Shown here in pieces: positions 28,200 to 41,023 of a stretch of 64,000 nucleotides of DNA. The notes beneath the pieces were generated by a model. It had not been told where the DNA came from, did no database searches, and saw only the letters and a list, made by a program, of their open reading frames with translations. A program made the position numbers and the translations under genes. The DNA comes from the human T2T-CHM13v2.0 reference genome, Homo sapiens, in NCBI RefSeq assembly GCF_009914755.1, contig NC_060934.1; one strand, given 5' to 3'. Position 1 is the stretch's first letter, and each line of letters begins with the position of its first letter.

Positions 28200-29600
28200 G
28201 AAGGCTGAAGAACTGCGTTTGCGAAGAGTGCGTGCGTGGGGCCTCAGCGGGGCTTCGGTGGAGAGGGCAGGGCCTCCTACGAAGGGCGTGGCCTGAGTGC
28301 GGGGGCGGGACCTGTGGGCGGGGCGCGGCCTGAGGGCACTGCTGAGGAAAGCCAGTTCCTCCTACTCCCCAGTCCTGTGCTCCCGTGTCCCCGTCTCAGC
28401 AGGTCCCCGCTTAGTCCAGCACCCTGGGGAATGCTGCCCCTGGCTGGCAGCACGCCCTGCCTGCGTTCCTCCCGTCTTTGCTCCTGGTCACTGTGCGTCC
28501 TGCACAGTTGCCATCCGTGCCCACACGCTGCCCCAGGGCCCTGGTCTCCCGGTGTGGCTCGGTCTTGGTGTCCCCGCTGCGGTCGTCCCATTTGCCACCG
28601 CCGTTTGCATGTGGGCCTTTCCACTAAGAAGCGGGCACCCTAAGGCCCGAAGCGCTGGAGCCTCTCTGACTCTCTGTCCAGTCTGGCCTGGGACAGACAC
28701 CTGTGGACACCTGAGGCAAAGGGAAGTCGGGGGCCAGGGACATCTCAGAGTAATGGGGTCTCGGGAAAGCAGGGGAGGCCGGGGCTGCAAGGGGGAGCTG
28801 GGGCAGGCAGGGGAGCCCAGCCCTGCAAGAGGGCAGAATGAGCCGACGGCAGGCCCCGCGGGGCGGTGCGCGGGGCTATGGAGACCACGCTCCTCCGTCC
28901 CCTCCTGTGTGTCTCAAGAGACGCGGCAGGGCACAGGCGACCGCCTGCTCCTGGCTTCCCCGGCTTTCCCAGGCCCCGGGAGCCAGGACTGTCTGAGTGG
29001 GGTGATCCGCCTGGACATTTGTTCGGAGATCCCTGCGTGGAGGGCGACCTAGCGGGGAGAGGCTGGAAACAGGCGAGGAGGAGCAGCGCGGCTAGGGGAC
29101 TGGACGACTGGAACCGGGTCCTCCTTAGCTAAGAAAGGGAAGGGCCTCAGCCTTACTGAAAGGAGCGCCTGCGGAGGACGCGGCCCTGCACCTGCGGCTT
29201 TTCCGCACCCCGCACGCCCGGCGTAGGCATCTCCTCCCCAACACAAGCAGGGGCAGCCCAGCTGCAGCCGAATCCACCTTGAGCGCAGCGCTGGGGTCAC
29301 AGCCTCCGACAGCTGCGTAAGACTTGTCCTCCCCGGGCCCTTTCAGCGGCCTTCCAGAGTTCAGCATCAGCGCTCCTGGCGCAGACCCCACTGCTGACTC
29401 CTTTCACTCCCCCGCCACCCCTTGAGCTATTTGAACTTCTCATCCACCTGCAGGGCCCCGATGTCACCGGCTGACGTCACCAGCTGTAGACAAACAGGAG
29501 CAGGTTTCTGTTTCCCCCTCCTGGCACCTGGCCAAATGCCCAGGTATGCACCCACCCCCTACTGCTGTCTCCGTGGGGCTGCCCACCAGACCCCAAGGAG
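28200..29600. promoter_or_regulatory. CpG island / putative promoter with SP/KLF GC-box cluster and a CRE
   Basis: High GC and far more CpG than the flanks. GGGCGTGGC at 28284, GGGGCGGGA at 28302, GGGCGGGGC at 28316; TGACGTCA at 29472-29479. Confidence 0.7.
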
Positions 29601-30109
29601 ATCGAATGGGGAGTCTGTAGATCCTGATGTTACCAAGCCTCAGAGGGCCAGGAGGAGCTCTGAGCCAGGCCCTCAAACCCAGTAGGGTCCACGGCTGGGA
29701 GAAGGTCAGGGGCCCAGCCTGCTCTCCCGCTGCGTGCTGTGGCTCGCTCCAAGGAGGATGGTGGCCACACTGCACACACCTCTGTCCCCCTGCAGGCTTT
29801 CTGGCCTCAGCTCCCACTGGGTTCGGACAAGGGCGCAGAGCCACCTGGGAGTAGCTCTTTTCCCAGGTCCCGCCCCGGCTGGGCTGCCGTGGGGGTGGCC
29901 TGCTCTACCAAACCCTGCTCCTGGCTCCTGCCAGGGCCGTCTCCAGGGCGACAGCCACACCTGCTGTTACCCAGTCAGGGCTCAAAGAGGTCACAGTTCC
30001 CTGTCCTTTCCAGTCTCCTCAGCCCCACCCACGCCTCTAAAACAGACTCTACCAACGCCCCCAGGGCAGTGCTGGGGTCCTGGCTGGTGGGTGTTTGCTC
30101 TCCTTGATT

Positions 30110-30220
30110 TCATTCCAGTCTTTGATAAGCATTCATTGAGCACCTGTTGTGTACACTAGGCCTGTTTAGGTGGTAGGACCGGAGGAATATGACTTGGGTC
30201 CTGGCCTGTGACAGGCAAGA
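30110..30220 (-). mobile_element. L2 3' end fragment
   Basis: aagcattcattgagcacctgttgtgtacactaggcctg. Confidence 0.55.
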
Positions 30221-31479
30221 GCAAAAGCAGGGGGGAGGAGGAAGTGGTAGGGAGATTTAGGGCCCCACGTGATCCCCAGCACCCCAATTCATGTCCCAGG
30301 AAGAAAAAAATGGTAACTCTTGGCCATGTTTTTCGATAGTCCCTAATCAGCTATGTCAGCTGAGAACACATCCAGACCACATAATATTTAATGATGATCT
30401 AGCACTGTCATTACCTATTTTTTAACAAGATGTCCAAGAAAGCCACCTGTGAGGATGTCAGATTGTCCTCCTGCTGTTTTTGTCATGCTCTACTTCTGCA
30501 CACAGGAGACACACTCACAGGCAACATGCAAACACACATACATGGGAGAGACACACACACAGAGGAGAGTAGCAGGAACTAGAGGCTGGCCAGCTCTACC
30601 TTTTTTTCACTCCACCAACATGTTTTGAGTCCCCTCAGACAGATCAGGCCCCACCAGGTGTGGGGTTGCCCTTCCCTTGTGGAGGTCACCCAGGTAGTTC
30701 AGTCGGAGCTCCCAGTGGTGGCCAGGCCGAGAGCAGAGAGGCTTCTCTTGGTCCCTGTCACTCCTCCCTCCTACACTTCCTTTCCCCCTTGGCCCCGATG
30801 ACCAAACCAACTATTGGACTAAGAGGCCTGTGGGGTCTCCTCAGGGTCTCCAGGCCTGGACACACCCTGCTGCTTTTCCTGGGCAAGAAGCTTGATGAGT
30901 TGGACATGCAGTGGTAGGTTGGAAGCTGAGGCAAGAGCGGGGCTAGAAAGAGTGGACCTGCTCTGGAATAAAGTATGGGAACATCAGGCATCTCTTGGAA
31001 CACTGCAGGAAGGTGGGGGAAGGAATGGCACACAGTGGCAGCCTGAGCAGGGGCAGGAGGCCACTGTCCACTGAGCACCTTCAGGTGTTTGCCAACGTGC
31101 AACATGAACCCCTCCCTGAAGGCTGCCTCGCATTAGGCCTTGGTGCTCCCCCATGGGATCTGAGGAACACAGAGATGCCCATGGTGAAACGGCTCCATGA
31201 ACTCAGCTGGCGTCAATAGGAGCTTCAGATCACAAGTGACCAGGAGAATATGTGCCCCTGAAGGACTATAGAAACCTGGAGGAGATGCTGGGTTTTCCGC
31301 AATTCCACCCGACCTGCACCCTGGGACAACATAGGGAAGCAGGTGCTGGTAAGGCTGCCGTTGCTGCCCCCCAGGCCCGTGGTGGGGGCAGGATGCACCA
31401 TCACAGCCATTGGCCCCATTGGCAGAGCACACTTATATCACCCCCTGCTGCTCACACCAGCCCTGTGTATACTCAGGGA

Positions 31480-31615
31480 TAGGGACAGGAATCATTCCCA
31501 TTTTATAGATGGAAAAACTGTGTCCCGCAGAGAGGACATAATTGACCATACCTAGTAAGTGGTGCTATTAGGGCTGTTACTCAAGCCCCTGCCTGGAACC
31601 TGGACTTCCTCCTGC
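31480..31615 (-). mobile_element. MIR fragment
   Basis: MIR core atcattcccattttatagatggaaaaactg...ctagtaagtgg. Confidence 0.65.
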
Positions 31616-31719
31616 TGGGCTCGGAGAGCCCCATCAACCCACCCCTGCAGAAACCACCAGCTCCACACTGGCTTCCTAACCCACAAGCATCGCCAACTGT
31701 CCATCTCCCCGGAAAACAT

Positions 31720-32600
31720 TCAGTTGCATCTCTATCTTATACCCTTCACGAAATACATTTTGGGTGGACTATTTCCTACATGCAAAATCCACAGTTGCCT
31801 TTATCTAAGTCTTAGGGTCAAAAACAGGAGGATAAGTTTGTAAACTTAGGTTAAAAATCTTCTCAATTAGCACACGAAAAGCAATAAATGAAAATAGTGA
31901 TAAACTTGACTTCACTAAAATGAAAATTTTCCATATGATAAAAGATTCCACAGACAAGCTTGAAAGTCTTTCTACCAAATGGAGAAAGAATCTGCTATGT
32001 GTACAAGTGGCCAGAAAATATAAACAAGTCCTGCAAACCAACAGGAAAAGACTAACAATGCAGCGTGAGGCACAGGCCAAGGAGAACAAGGGCAAGTGCA
32101 AATGCAAGGTGGGAGGTGGGCAAGCTCACCACGGCCACAGCCATGGCCACTGAGGGAGTCTGAGCCATGCCCAGGTTGGCATTGAGTTTCCATCAGCTGG
32201 CAAATGTTTTGAGTTCATAACACACAGGAAGGGTGCGGGAGTGGGGAGCAGGTGTCTTCTGCATTGCCAGGGATTGTAAAGGGGCAGAGCTGCCCTGGGG
32301 CCTCCAGGCAGTGCTTACTGACATGCCACCCATGCACCTGGGAGCTGGCACTTCCATCCTCAGACTCCCCCAAGATTCCCCCAATATATATGCGGGCAGG
32401 TAAACAGAAGCCCAGCAGCACTGCCTATGACTGAAAACTGAAAGGTCTGGAAAGAATTGAAAATACCATTTGTAAGAAACTGGCAAAAGGAAACTATGTG
32501 TCTATGTGTGTGCATGTGCGCGTTTGTGTGTGTTCATCCATGTGTGTACGCCCATGCCATGGAATACAATGCTGCAATGAGGTGGACAACATCTCCAGTG
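31720..32600 (+). mobile_element. Ancient L1M ORF2 end and 3'UTR remnant
   Basis: tctatcttatacccttcacgaaa, tgataaacttgacttcactaaaatgaaaattttc, atggagaaagaatctgct. Confidence 0.6.
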
Positions 32601-33123
32601 AGGTAGACACAGGGTGATCTCCAAGGTCAGTGAAAATGTTCCGTGCACACCAGACCCATTGCTCTTGGAATCAAGACAAACCCACTCTCTGCCTTCCAGG
32701 CCCTCCCTAGCCCCTACTTCACTACCTGCCCTTGCTGTCAGCCCAGCTCCCAGGCCCTCTGCTCCCTTGTGGCCTTTCTCTGACCTTTCATCAACCTCAA
32801 GGCTGGCATGCATCCTTCACTCTGTTCTCCCCACTGGAGCCGGCCCTGAGGCTGCCTCCTATGGCAGCTTTTGCTAACCACTGCCCCTCAAGGTGCACCG
32901 TGCTCCTCACTGAGGTAAGACAGGTGCCCAGGGGCCCTGTCTGACTGCACGCTGCTCAGAGGCTGGCGGCAGCATTGGCGGCTCAAGGCCAGGCCAAGGT
33001 GGCAAGAGAGCAGCCTGTCGAAGGGCAGCCCTTATGAATGGGCTCTCGTCTGACTGTAATTGGAATTTGTATGAAGTCTCTACTTCCAAGAACTTCCCCA
33101 GCAGACGAATCTAGGCTAGAATC

Positions 33124-33676
33124 TGTTAGGAAAAAGGCTTATGGGGTGCCTGTATAAACTGGCTATAAAAATATGGGACAATAAGTTGTGGAAAGCCACA
33201 AGAGGCCTCTGAGGAGGAAAGCCTTCTTATCGCCATTATGTTCCCACGCTCTGAGTGTGACTTGCTGTCTTATCCATAAACACTGTGTTCAAGGAAAAAG
33301 ACACTCCTTTAAAGCACTGGAATCTGGCCAGACGTGCAGGCTCCTAGTTAAGCCCGCTCCCACTAGCTACCCTCCAATAAGTTGAAGATACACTGAGCAC
33401 AAAGGAGATCCATTTAAACTGCCACTGCTATAGATTACATGTATGACGCACTGCCTCCCTTTCACTATTTCGCCCTGAACATCTGCTTCTTAGATCTCAG
33501 TGATTGTACTCAATAAATAGTGTGGAGACCAGAGCTCTGAGTCTTTTGCAACCTCCATTTTGCAATTGACCCCCTAGCCCCTACTCTGTATGCACTTTTA
33601 ACCTGTCTCTTCTCATTCCTTCATTGCCACCGGACTTTGGGTACCCTACAGGTGGTGTTGAGTCTGGTCCCCAGCA
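33124..33676 (+). mobile_element. LTR14-family solo LTR (HERV-K14 group)
   Basis: TG...CA termini, 553 bp, aaactggctataaaaatatgggacaataagttgtggaaagccacaag, AATAAA near 33512, perfect TSD GAATC. Confidence 0.85.
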
Positions 33677-35264
33677 GAATCTCCTGGGAGCCAGCCATAA
33701 ATCTTCCCAAAATGAGGGTGTGCAATCTCATTGCTCTGGAGGCACGCTGCTTGCCCTTGGAGCCGACCTGTCATTCTGCATCCTCCAGGCTCTGCCTGGA
33801 GCCAGGAGCCAGGCCAGGGAGAGGTGGACAGGAGTTGGCAGTCACTGTGAAGGAACACATTTTTATCATTTAATTAAGAGCCTCTCAGAAAAGCGAGCTC
33901 TGTTTCTTCTTGAGCTGGTCAAAGGAAATGAGAAGTGACATTTTCCCACTCCACCTTTCCCTTGGCCCAGGAAGCTCAAGCTGGAGGCACAGGATGTAGG
34001 CAGCCTCAGGCTGTGTGCATCCAGGGCTGGGCCCAGGGGCAGTGGCGAGGCGTGCAGCCTTTGCTGGGCTCTGGCTGTGCCCAGTGCTCTCACTCTCTCA
34101 TTTGCTCTCATAAGTGCCGTCTGCATTATCGATCACCCTCTGGGTCCCTCCACAATGCAGGGGCTTCAGGCTGCACCCACTCTTTGAGAGTGCTGCACTC
34201 TTGTACTCTGCCTCTCCCAAGCATGTGTGTGACAGCAAGATGGCTGCAGATATGCAACTTCCAATAATCAATCAACTCTTAAATGATCCTCAATAAACAC
34301 TGAGGTAATCACCAGGAGCCCCACACCAGCATGTCTGTACCCATCTGTTGCTCTATCCACCTTGATGCATGACTGACAAGTGTTCACACATGCACCACTG
34401 GCAGGCTCCGCTCCTGCTTTGGAGGATGCAGGCAGGGCGTCACTCTTGGGGCTCCCGTCTCCTGGGGAGATAGAGTGAGGGAGGGGCACTCACAAAGCAC
34501 CTCCCAAGCCAGTTTCTGACCCTGCGATTGCCCAGCGTCTGAGGGAACTGACCCGCAAACTCACTGAGCTCCACAGAGTTGCACCTGGGGGCCCAGAAGG
34601 GGCTGTCCTGGCCTGGTACAAAGACCCCCGGCAGAAGAGCTCAAATGTCCTCAATTCTCCCCCAGTACGGGGCACCCAAAACATGCAGCTCCATTTTAAT
34701 GAGCAGCTGCTGTCCTTTTTTGGCTGCTATGGGTCAGCTTTGCCCAGGATGCAACCTCTGGGGAGCCTGAATCCAGCTGGCAGGTGAGGCATGTGCCTGG
34801 AGAACTGTAAGAACATTGGGGCTTCATGCCTCACTTTACAAGGCAGCAAATGGAGGCCACAGAGGGCAAGACACATGGCCAGGGATGCACAGGGGCAGGA
34901 TGAGGAATGGGGCCTTGCTCCCACCCTGCACTAGGAGACCCAGGCCCACCTATTCCAGACAAGGAGTCCGTGGGCCAGGGATGGGACTCATCTGTGCATG
35001 GAGGGCCCAGGGTGGTTCTTCCCTGAAGGGGCAGGTGGTCAAACACTGTCAGGGAGGGACAAATGGCATCTACTCAGCAGAGGGTTTTAGCGCTTCCTTA
35101 GTTCTTGGGCTTCACTGGGCCTTTCTGCCAACAAGCATTGCCCCTGACCCCATGTGGACACTCTCCCAGGGTAGAGTCCATGGCTGGCCAGCCTGAGCTG
35201 CTCCAGACAGGCCAGCAGAAGTATCCAAGTGGCTGGAGCCACCTAGACCTGAGCACACATCCAT

Positions 35265-35640
35265 TTGTTCTTGCGGCAATTACTTACTGAGCCTGGGCAG
35301 AGACAAGATGACCCACCCTGGATGAAGGCTATGAAGAATATAAAGCAGGGCTGGTGGGGTGGGGACATCATGCAAATGTAGTGGGATGGTGGGGAAGCCT
35401 CTCTGTCAAGGTAGCCAACAAGGAGAAGCCAGATGTGCTGACAGCTGTCTAGGGTGGAGAGCAGCAGAGCAAAGGCCCTGTGGCAGGAATGGGCTTGGAG
35501 TGTTCGAGGCAGGAGAAAGACCAGTGTGATGGAGCCAAGTGAACCAGGAAAGTGCAAAGGCCAGAGAAGCACGCAGCCTGGGGCATGGGTTCCATTCCCA
35601 GTGCAGGAAACAGGGATTTGAAGCAAGGGTTGGCATGGTT
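35265..35640 (-). mobile_element. L2 fragment
   Basis: tacttactgagc...gcaaaggccctgtggcaggaatgggcttggagtgttcgagg...gaccagtgtgatggagc. Confidence 0.7.
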
Positions 35641-35829
35641 GATACTTTCAGAAGAGTCAGTCTGAGAAGGGCCCTGGATGCCGGGCTGAGGAGGTGGAAC
35701 TTCCTTCTGGAGGAGAAAGGAAGCCCAAAGAGGCTTTTCAGCAGGGAGCTGGCAGGTCACTCTCCAGCTGTGGGAGCTAGCCCCTTCTCCAGGAGCTGTG
35801 CAGGTGCTGGGCACCATCAAGACAGCACC

Positions 35830-35910
35830 ACTCCTCCCAACTGTGAGACTTGGGACAGGGTCACCTTCTCAAATTCTGTTTTCGTCTCTGTAAAATAGAG
35901 ATGAAATTTT
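35830..35910 (+). mobile_element. MIR core fragment
   Basis: ctgtgagacttggg...ctgttttcgtctctgtaaaatagagatga. Confidence 0.55.
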
Positions 35911-38900
35911 AGACAATAACCAGCTACTCCAGCCAAACACCATGCAAAAAGTGGTGGCTTGTTCCCATTCACACCATCAAAGACCGAGGGGGGAGCCTGG
36001 ACTTCCACCTTGGCCAGGCTATAATGAGGTGCCCAATCTCCCTGTCTTCCTGTTGAGCGGTATCAAAGAGGGCTCAGTGAGGGTCCAGGACCTTTATCCC
36101 CACCAGGCAGTAACCAGCCCCTTCCACCCCATGGTGTCAGTAGAGGCTGCACAGGGAGCTAGAGCCCTCGGGGGAACCCAGACACCTATGCCCACCTTCC
36201 ACACTGTGCCTGCCAGAATGGTGTCAGAAGCCGTCAGCTAAACGAGAAGATTTAAACTCAGATTCAGAATCTTATAACATACTGCACAAATAACACAATA
36301 AAGGAGCTCAGCAGCAGCATGGGGGGACAAAGGAACATATCCGTGAACTCCAAGAGAAACAATATAAATTATTTAATCTGAACAACAAAGCTGCAATAGA
36401 TTGAAAATGAAAATAAAAAGAACAATCCCTCAGGAACCTGTGAGACTGTAGCGAAGGATCTAATTCATGTTACTGAGTCTCAGAAGGAGAGGAGAAGGAG
36501 GTGGGCCTTAAAAAGGACTCAAAGATACAATGGTTGAAACTCCCTAAATCTGGCAAAAGACATACACATACGAATTCAAGAAGCTGAGTTACTCAAATAG
36601 GATAAACCAAAAAAAAAAAAAAAAATCCACACCACGACACATCATGGTTAAACTCCTGAAAAATAAAAACAAAGAAAAAATCTTAAAAGCAATTGGGAAA
36701 GAAAAGACCCCGTCCTACCTATAAGGGAAAAAAAAATAAGAATGACAACATATTTCTCATTAGAAAGCACAGAGGTCAAAAGTGGCACATTTTTCAAGTG
36801 CTGAAAGAAAATAACTATCAACTCAGAATTCTATTTCCAGTAAAATATTCTTCGGGAACAAAGGAAATTAAGATAGTCTCAAATGAAGGAAAAATAACAG
36901 AATTTGACAATAGCTGACCTAGCCTAGAATGATTAAAATAAGTTCTCTAAACAGAAAGAAAATATTAAAATAAGGGATCTCGAAGCATCAGAAAGGAACA
37001 GAAAAACAGTAAGAGTAAAAAATATTGGTAAACATTTCCTCCTCATTTTCAGTTTTTCTAAATTATGTTTGCAGTTGTCACAAAAATTATACTCTCTGAT
37101 GTATTTCTGTATGCATATTGAGAAAATATTTAAGACAATTGTATTATAAATACAGGAGGATAAAGTAGCTTGAAAGGGCATGAGTTTTCTATACTTTACT
37201 TAAACTAGTAAAATATTAACATCAGTACACTAAATTATGTATATATAATGTAATACATCAAATAGCCATTTTAAAAGCTATACAAAAAGATACACTCAAA
37301 ACACACTACAGACAAATCAAGATGGAATTCTAAAAAACTTTAAATAACCCACTGGAAGGGGAAAGAAGCTCAGATAAACTAAAAATAGTGAGAACAAACA
37401 GAAAATCAAAACAAAAAATAAAATGGACAACTTAAGCCCTAACATGTCAATAATTACATAAAAATACAAATGGTCTAAACATACCAATTAAAAGACAGAG
37501 ATGGGCAGAATAAATTAAAAATATGACCCATCTATATGCTGTCTTATTATAAGAAACTCACTTCAAATATAATGATATGGGTAGGCTGGAAGTAAAATAA
37601 TGGAAAAAGATATCTCAGGCAAACATCAATCAAAAGAAAGAAAGCAGGAAAAAGTGTATTAATATTAGATAAAGTACATTTTAGAGCAAATAAAGTTACT
37701 GGAGACAGAAAGGGACATTATATAAGGATGAATGGGTCATCCACCAAGAAGACATAGCAATTCTAAACATGTATGCACCAAACAACAGAGCTGAAAAATA
37801 TGTGAAGCAAAATCTGATAAAACTAAAAATGAGAAATATATAAACCCACACCTCTTTCAAAAATCATAGAACTACTATTTCAACACAGAATTACTTTCAA
37901 CAATTCATAGAACTACTAACAGAAAATTAGCAAAGATATAGAAGAACTCAACAACACCATCAAAGAACAGTGTCTATTCAACAGATGGAGAAAGCCACAT
38001 ATGGTAACAGTAGAATACACATTCTTTTCAAATGCCCATGGAACACATTCCAAAAGAGACTGTATGTAGGCCTTAAAATAAACCTCAAAAATTTAAAAAT
38101 AATTGAAGTTATGTAGAGCGTGTTCTCTGACTGCAATGGAATTCAACTAGAAATCAATGATGGAAAGATAATAGGAAAATCTCTAAAGAGTTTAAAACAA
38201 AAAAACACATGTCTAAATAATCCACAACTCAAAGGGGAAACCTCAAGGGATATATAAACATATATTGGACTAAATGAAAATGAAAATGCAATATACCAAA
38301 ATTGTAGGACACAGCTAAAATAGTGCTGACAGGATGGTGGATAGCACTAAATGCCTATATCACAGAAGAGGAAATATCTTAAGTCGTTAATCTATGTCTA
38401 TATCTCAAGAATCTAGAAGAGAAGAGCAAAATAAATCCAAAACAAGTAGGAGGGAATAATAAAAATAAAGGCAGACATCAATGAAATTTAAAACAGAAAA
38501 ACTATAGATAAAATAAATGAAACAAAAAGATTCTTTTAAAAGATTGATAAAATTGACAAACCTTTAGCAAGACGGATGAAGAAGAAAGAGAAAACACAAA
38601 TCATCAGTATCGTGAATGAAACAGGATATCACTGCAGACCCTGAAGACTGAAGGAAATCAAGGGAATATTATGAACAACTTTACACATGTAAATTTGACA
38701 GCTTACATAAAATGGATGAGTCCCTCCAAAACCAACTATACCTCACTGAATGTAAAATAGATACATCAAATAGCCTATAGCCATTAGTAAAATTTAATTC
38801 ATAATTTAAAACCTCCCCAGAAAGAAATCTTCATGTCCAGATGGTATCACTGCAAAATTCTACCAAATGTTTAAAGAAGAATTAACACCAATTCAGCACA

Positions 38901-39351
38901 CCCTTTTCCAGAAAATAGAACAGAAGCAAATGCTTCCCAATACTATTGCTAGTATTACCGTGATACAAAACTAAGTCTGTCTTAGTCTGTAACCAAATAA
39001 GAAATAAAAGGCATTCAGACTGGGAAGGAAGTAATAAAACTGCCCCTGTTGCTAATGACATGATTCGTCTGTAACAGACTAAGAGAGTATTAAAATAGAA
39101 AACCATAGACCAATATTCCTCGTAAATATAGATATAAATATTCCTAACAAAATATTGGCAAATAAAACTCAGCAATCTATAAAAATAATAATATGCCATG
39201 ACCAAGTGGGGTTTATTCCAGGGATGCAAAGGTAGTTTCAATATGTGAAAATCAATCAGTGTAATCCACTTGATAAACAGGCTAAAGAAGAAAAATCACA
39301 TAATCATATTAATTGAGGAAGAAAATGTATTTGACAAAATTCAGCACCCTC

Positions 39352-39495
39352 TGGGATGGTGAAAATATTCTGGAGCTAGATAGTGGTGATAGTTGCACAA
39401 CATTGTAAATGTCCTAAATGTCACTGAATGCACAGTTTATACTGCTTAGAATGGTAAATTTTAAGTTATGTGTATTTTATGAAAATAAAAATTTA
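39352..39495 (+). mobile_element. Nested short L1MB 3' end
   Basis: gatggtgaaaatattctggagctagatagtggtgatagttgcacaacattgtaaatgt...aatggtaaattttaagttatgtgtatttt. Confidence 0.8.
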
Positions 39496-40761
39496 AATTC
39501 AATAGCTATTCATAAAGAAACTCATAAAAATAAGAACAGAGGGGAATGTCCTCAACTTAATAAAGAATATTGACAAAAACCTAACATTTAACATTATACC
39601 TACTGGTGAAAGACTGGATAATTTCCCCAAAGATCAGGAGAAAGGCAAGGGTACTTCTCTTGCCACTTTGGTTCAGCAGTATCCTAGAGTTTCCAGATAG
39701 TGCAATAAAGCAAGAAAAAAGAAATAAAAGACATTCAAACTAGGGAGGAAGAAATAAAACTTCCCATGTTTGCTAATGACATGATTGTCTATATAGGAAA
39801 TTCTAAGAAATTTACCCAAAAAAGCCAAAAAAAAAAAAAAAAGCAAAAAACCAAAACCAAAACAAAACCACCACAAATAAGTGAGTTAAGGAAAGTCTCA
39901 GGTTATGAGGTAAACATACAAAGAAACTGGTGAGTTTCTACACACTAGCATGAACACAGGGACACTGGAATTAAAAATTACAGTAACTAAAACTAATGAA
40001 ATACTTAGGTGTAAATCTAACAAAACATGTTCAGGACTTGTATGCCAAAAACTACAAAATGCTGATGAAAGAAATTTTTTAAAAATCTAAATAAATGGAG
40101 AGACATACTGTGTTCATGGATTGGAAGTCTCAACATGGGAAGATATCAATTCTCTTTAAGTTGATTTTCAGGTTTAACACAATTTCTATCAAAATTTCAG
40201 CAAGACTTTTTGAAGATATAGACGTTATTCTAAAATTTACATGGAAATGCAAAGGAACTGGGATAGCTAAAACAATTTTGAAAAAGAATAGAGTAGGAGG
40301 AATCCATCTATGTGATTTTAAGATATTATTTAGCTACAGTTATCAAGACTGTGAAGCATTGGTAGAGAGTTAATTACATAGATTAATGGAACAGAGTAGA
40401 GAACCCAGAAATAAACCCACAGCAATATGTCCAGCTGATTTTTGACAAAGGTGCAAAAATAATTAAATGGAGCAAAGATGGTGCCAGAGAAATCAGACAT
40501 TCATAGGCAAAAACCAACCAAACAGAAACCTGAACCTTGACCCAAATCTCACATCTGATTTTTAAAAATTAACTTAAAAAGGATAATAGATTTAAATGTA
40601 AAATTTAGAACTATAAAACTTTTAGCAAAAAATAATAGAAACTTTTCAGGATTTAGGGCTAGGCAAAGTGTTCTTAAATTTGATGCAAGACACAAAATTC
40701 ATAAAAAGAAAAATTGATACGTTGGATTCATCAGAATGAACAAATTTTCCTCTGCAAAAGA

Positions 40762-41023
40762 TCACTCTGGAAGGCAGACGTAGGCAGATCATGAGGTCAG
40801 TAGTTCGAGACCAGCCTGGCCAACATAGTGAAACCCTGTCTCTACTAAAAATACAAAAAATTAGCCAGGCGTGGTGGCAGGCACCTGTAATCCTAGCTAC
40901 TCAGGAGGCTGAGGGAGGAGAATCACTTGAACCCGGTAGGTGGAGGTTGCAGTGAGCTGAGATCATGCTATTGCACTCCTGCCCTAGTGACAGTGCGAGA
41001 CTCTGTCTCAAAGAAAAAAAAAA
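40762..41023 (+). mobile_element. AluSg-like, 5'-truncated
   Basis: gatcatgaggtcag..gttcgagaccagcctggccaacat...ctcaaagaaaaaaaaa. Confidence 0.9.

Noticed and set aside
27936-28208. Lys/Ser/Pro-rich 90-aa ORF that looks protein-like
   Set aside because: TTG start, no family recognised, and no convincing splice context.
28297-29052. 251-aa ORF over the CpG island
   Set aside because: Non-ATG start, composition typical of a GC-rich chance ORF, no recognisable domain, and overlapping ORFs in several frames.
32496-32550. TG-rich alternating tract (possible Z-DNA); also 10745-10777
   Set aside because: Short, interrupted microsatellites within old L1 3'UTRs.
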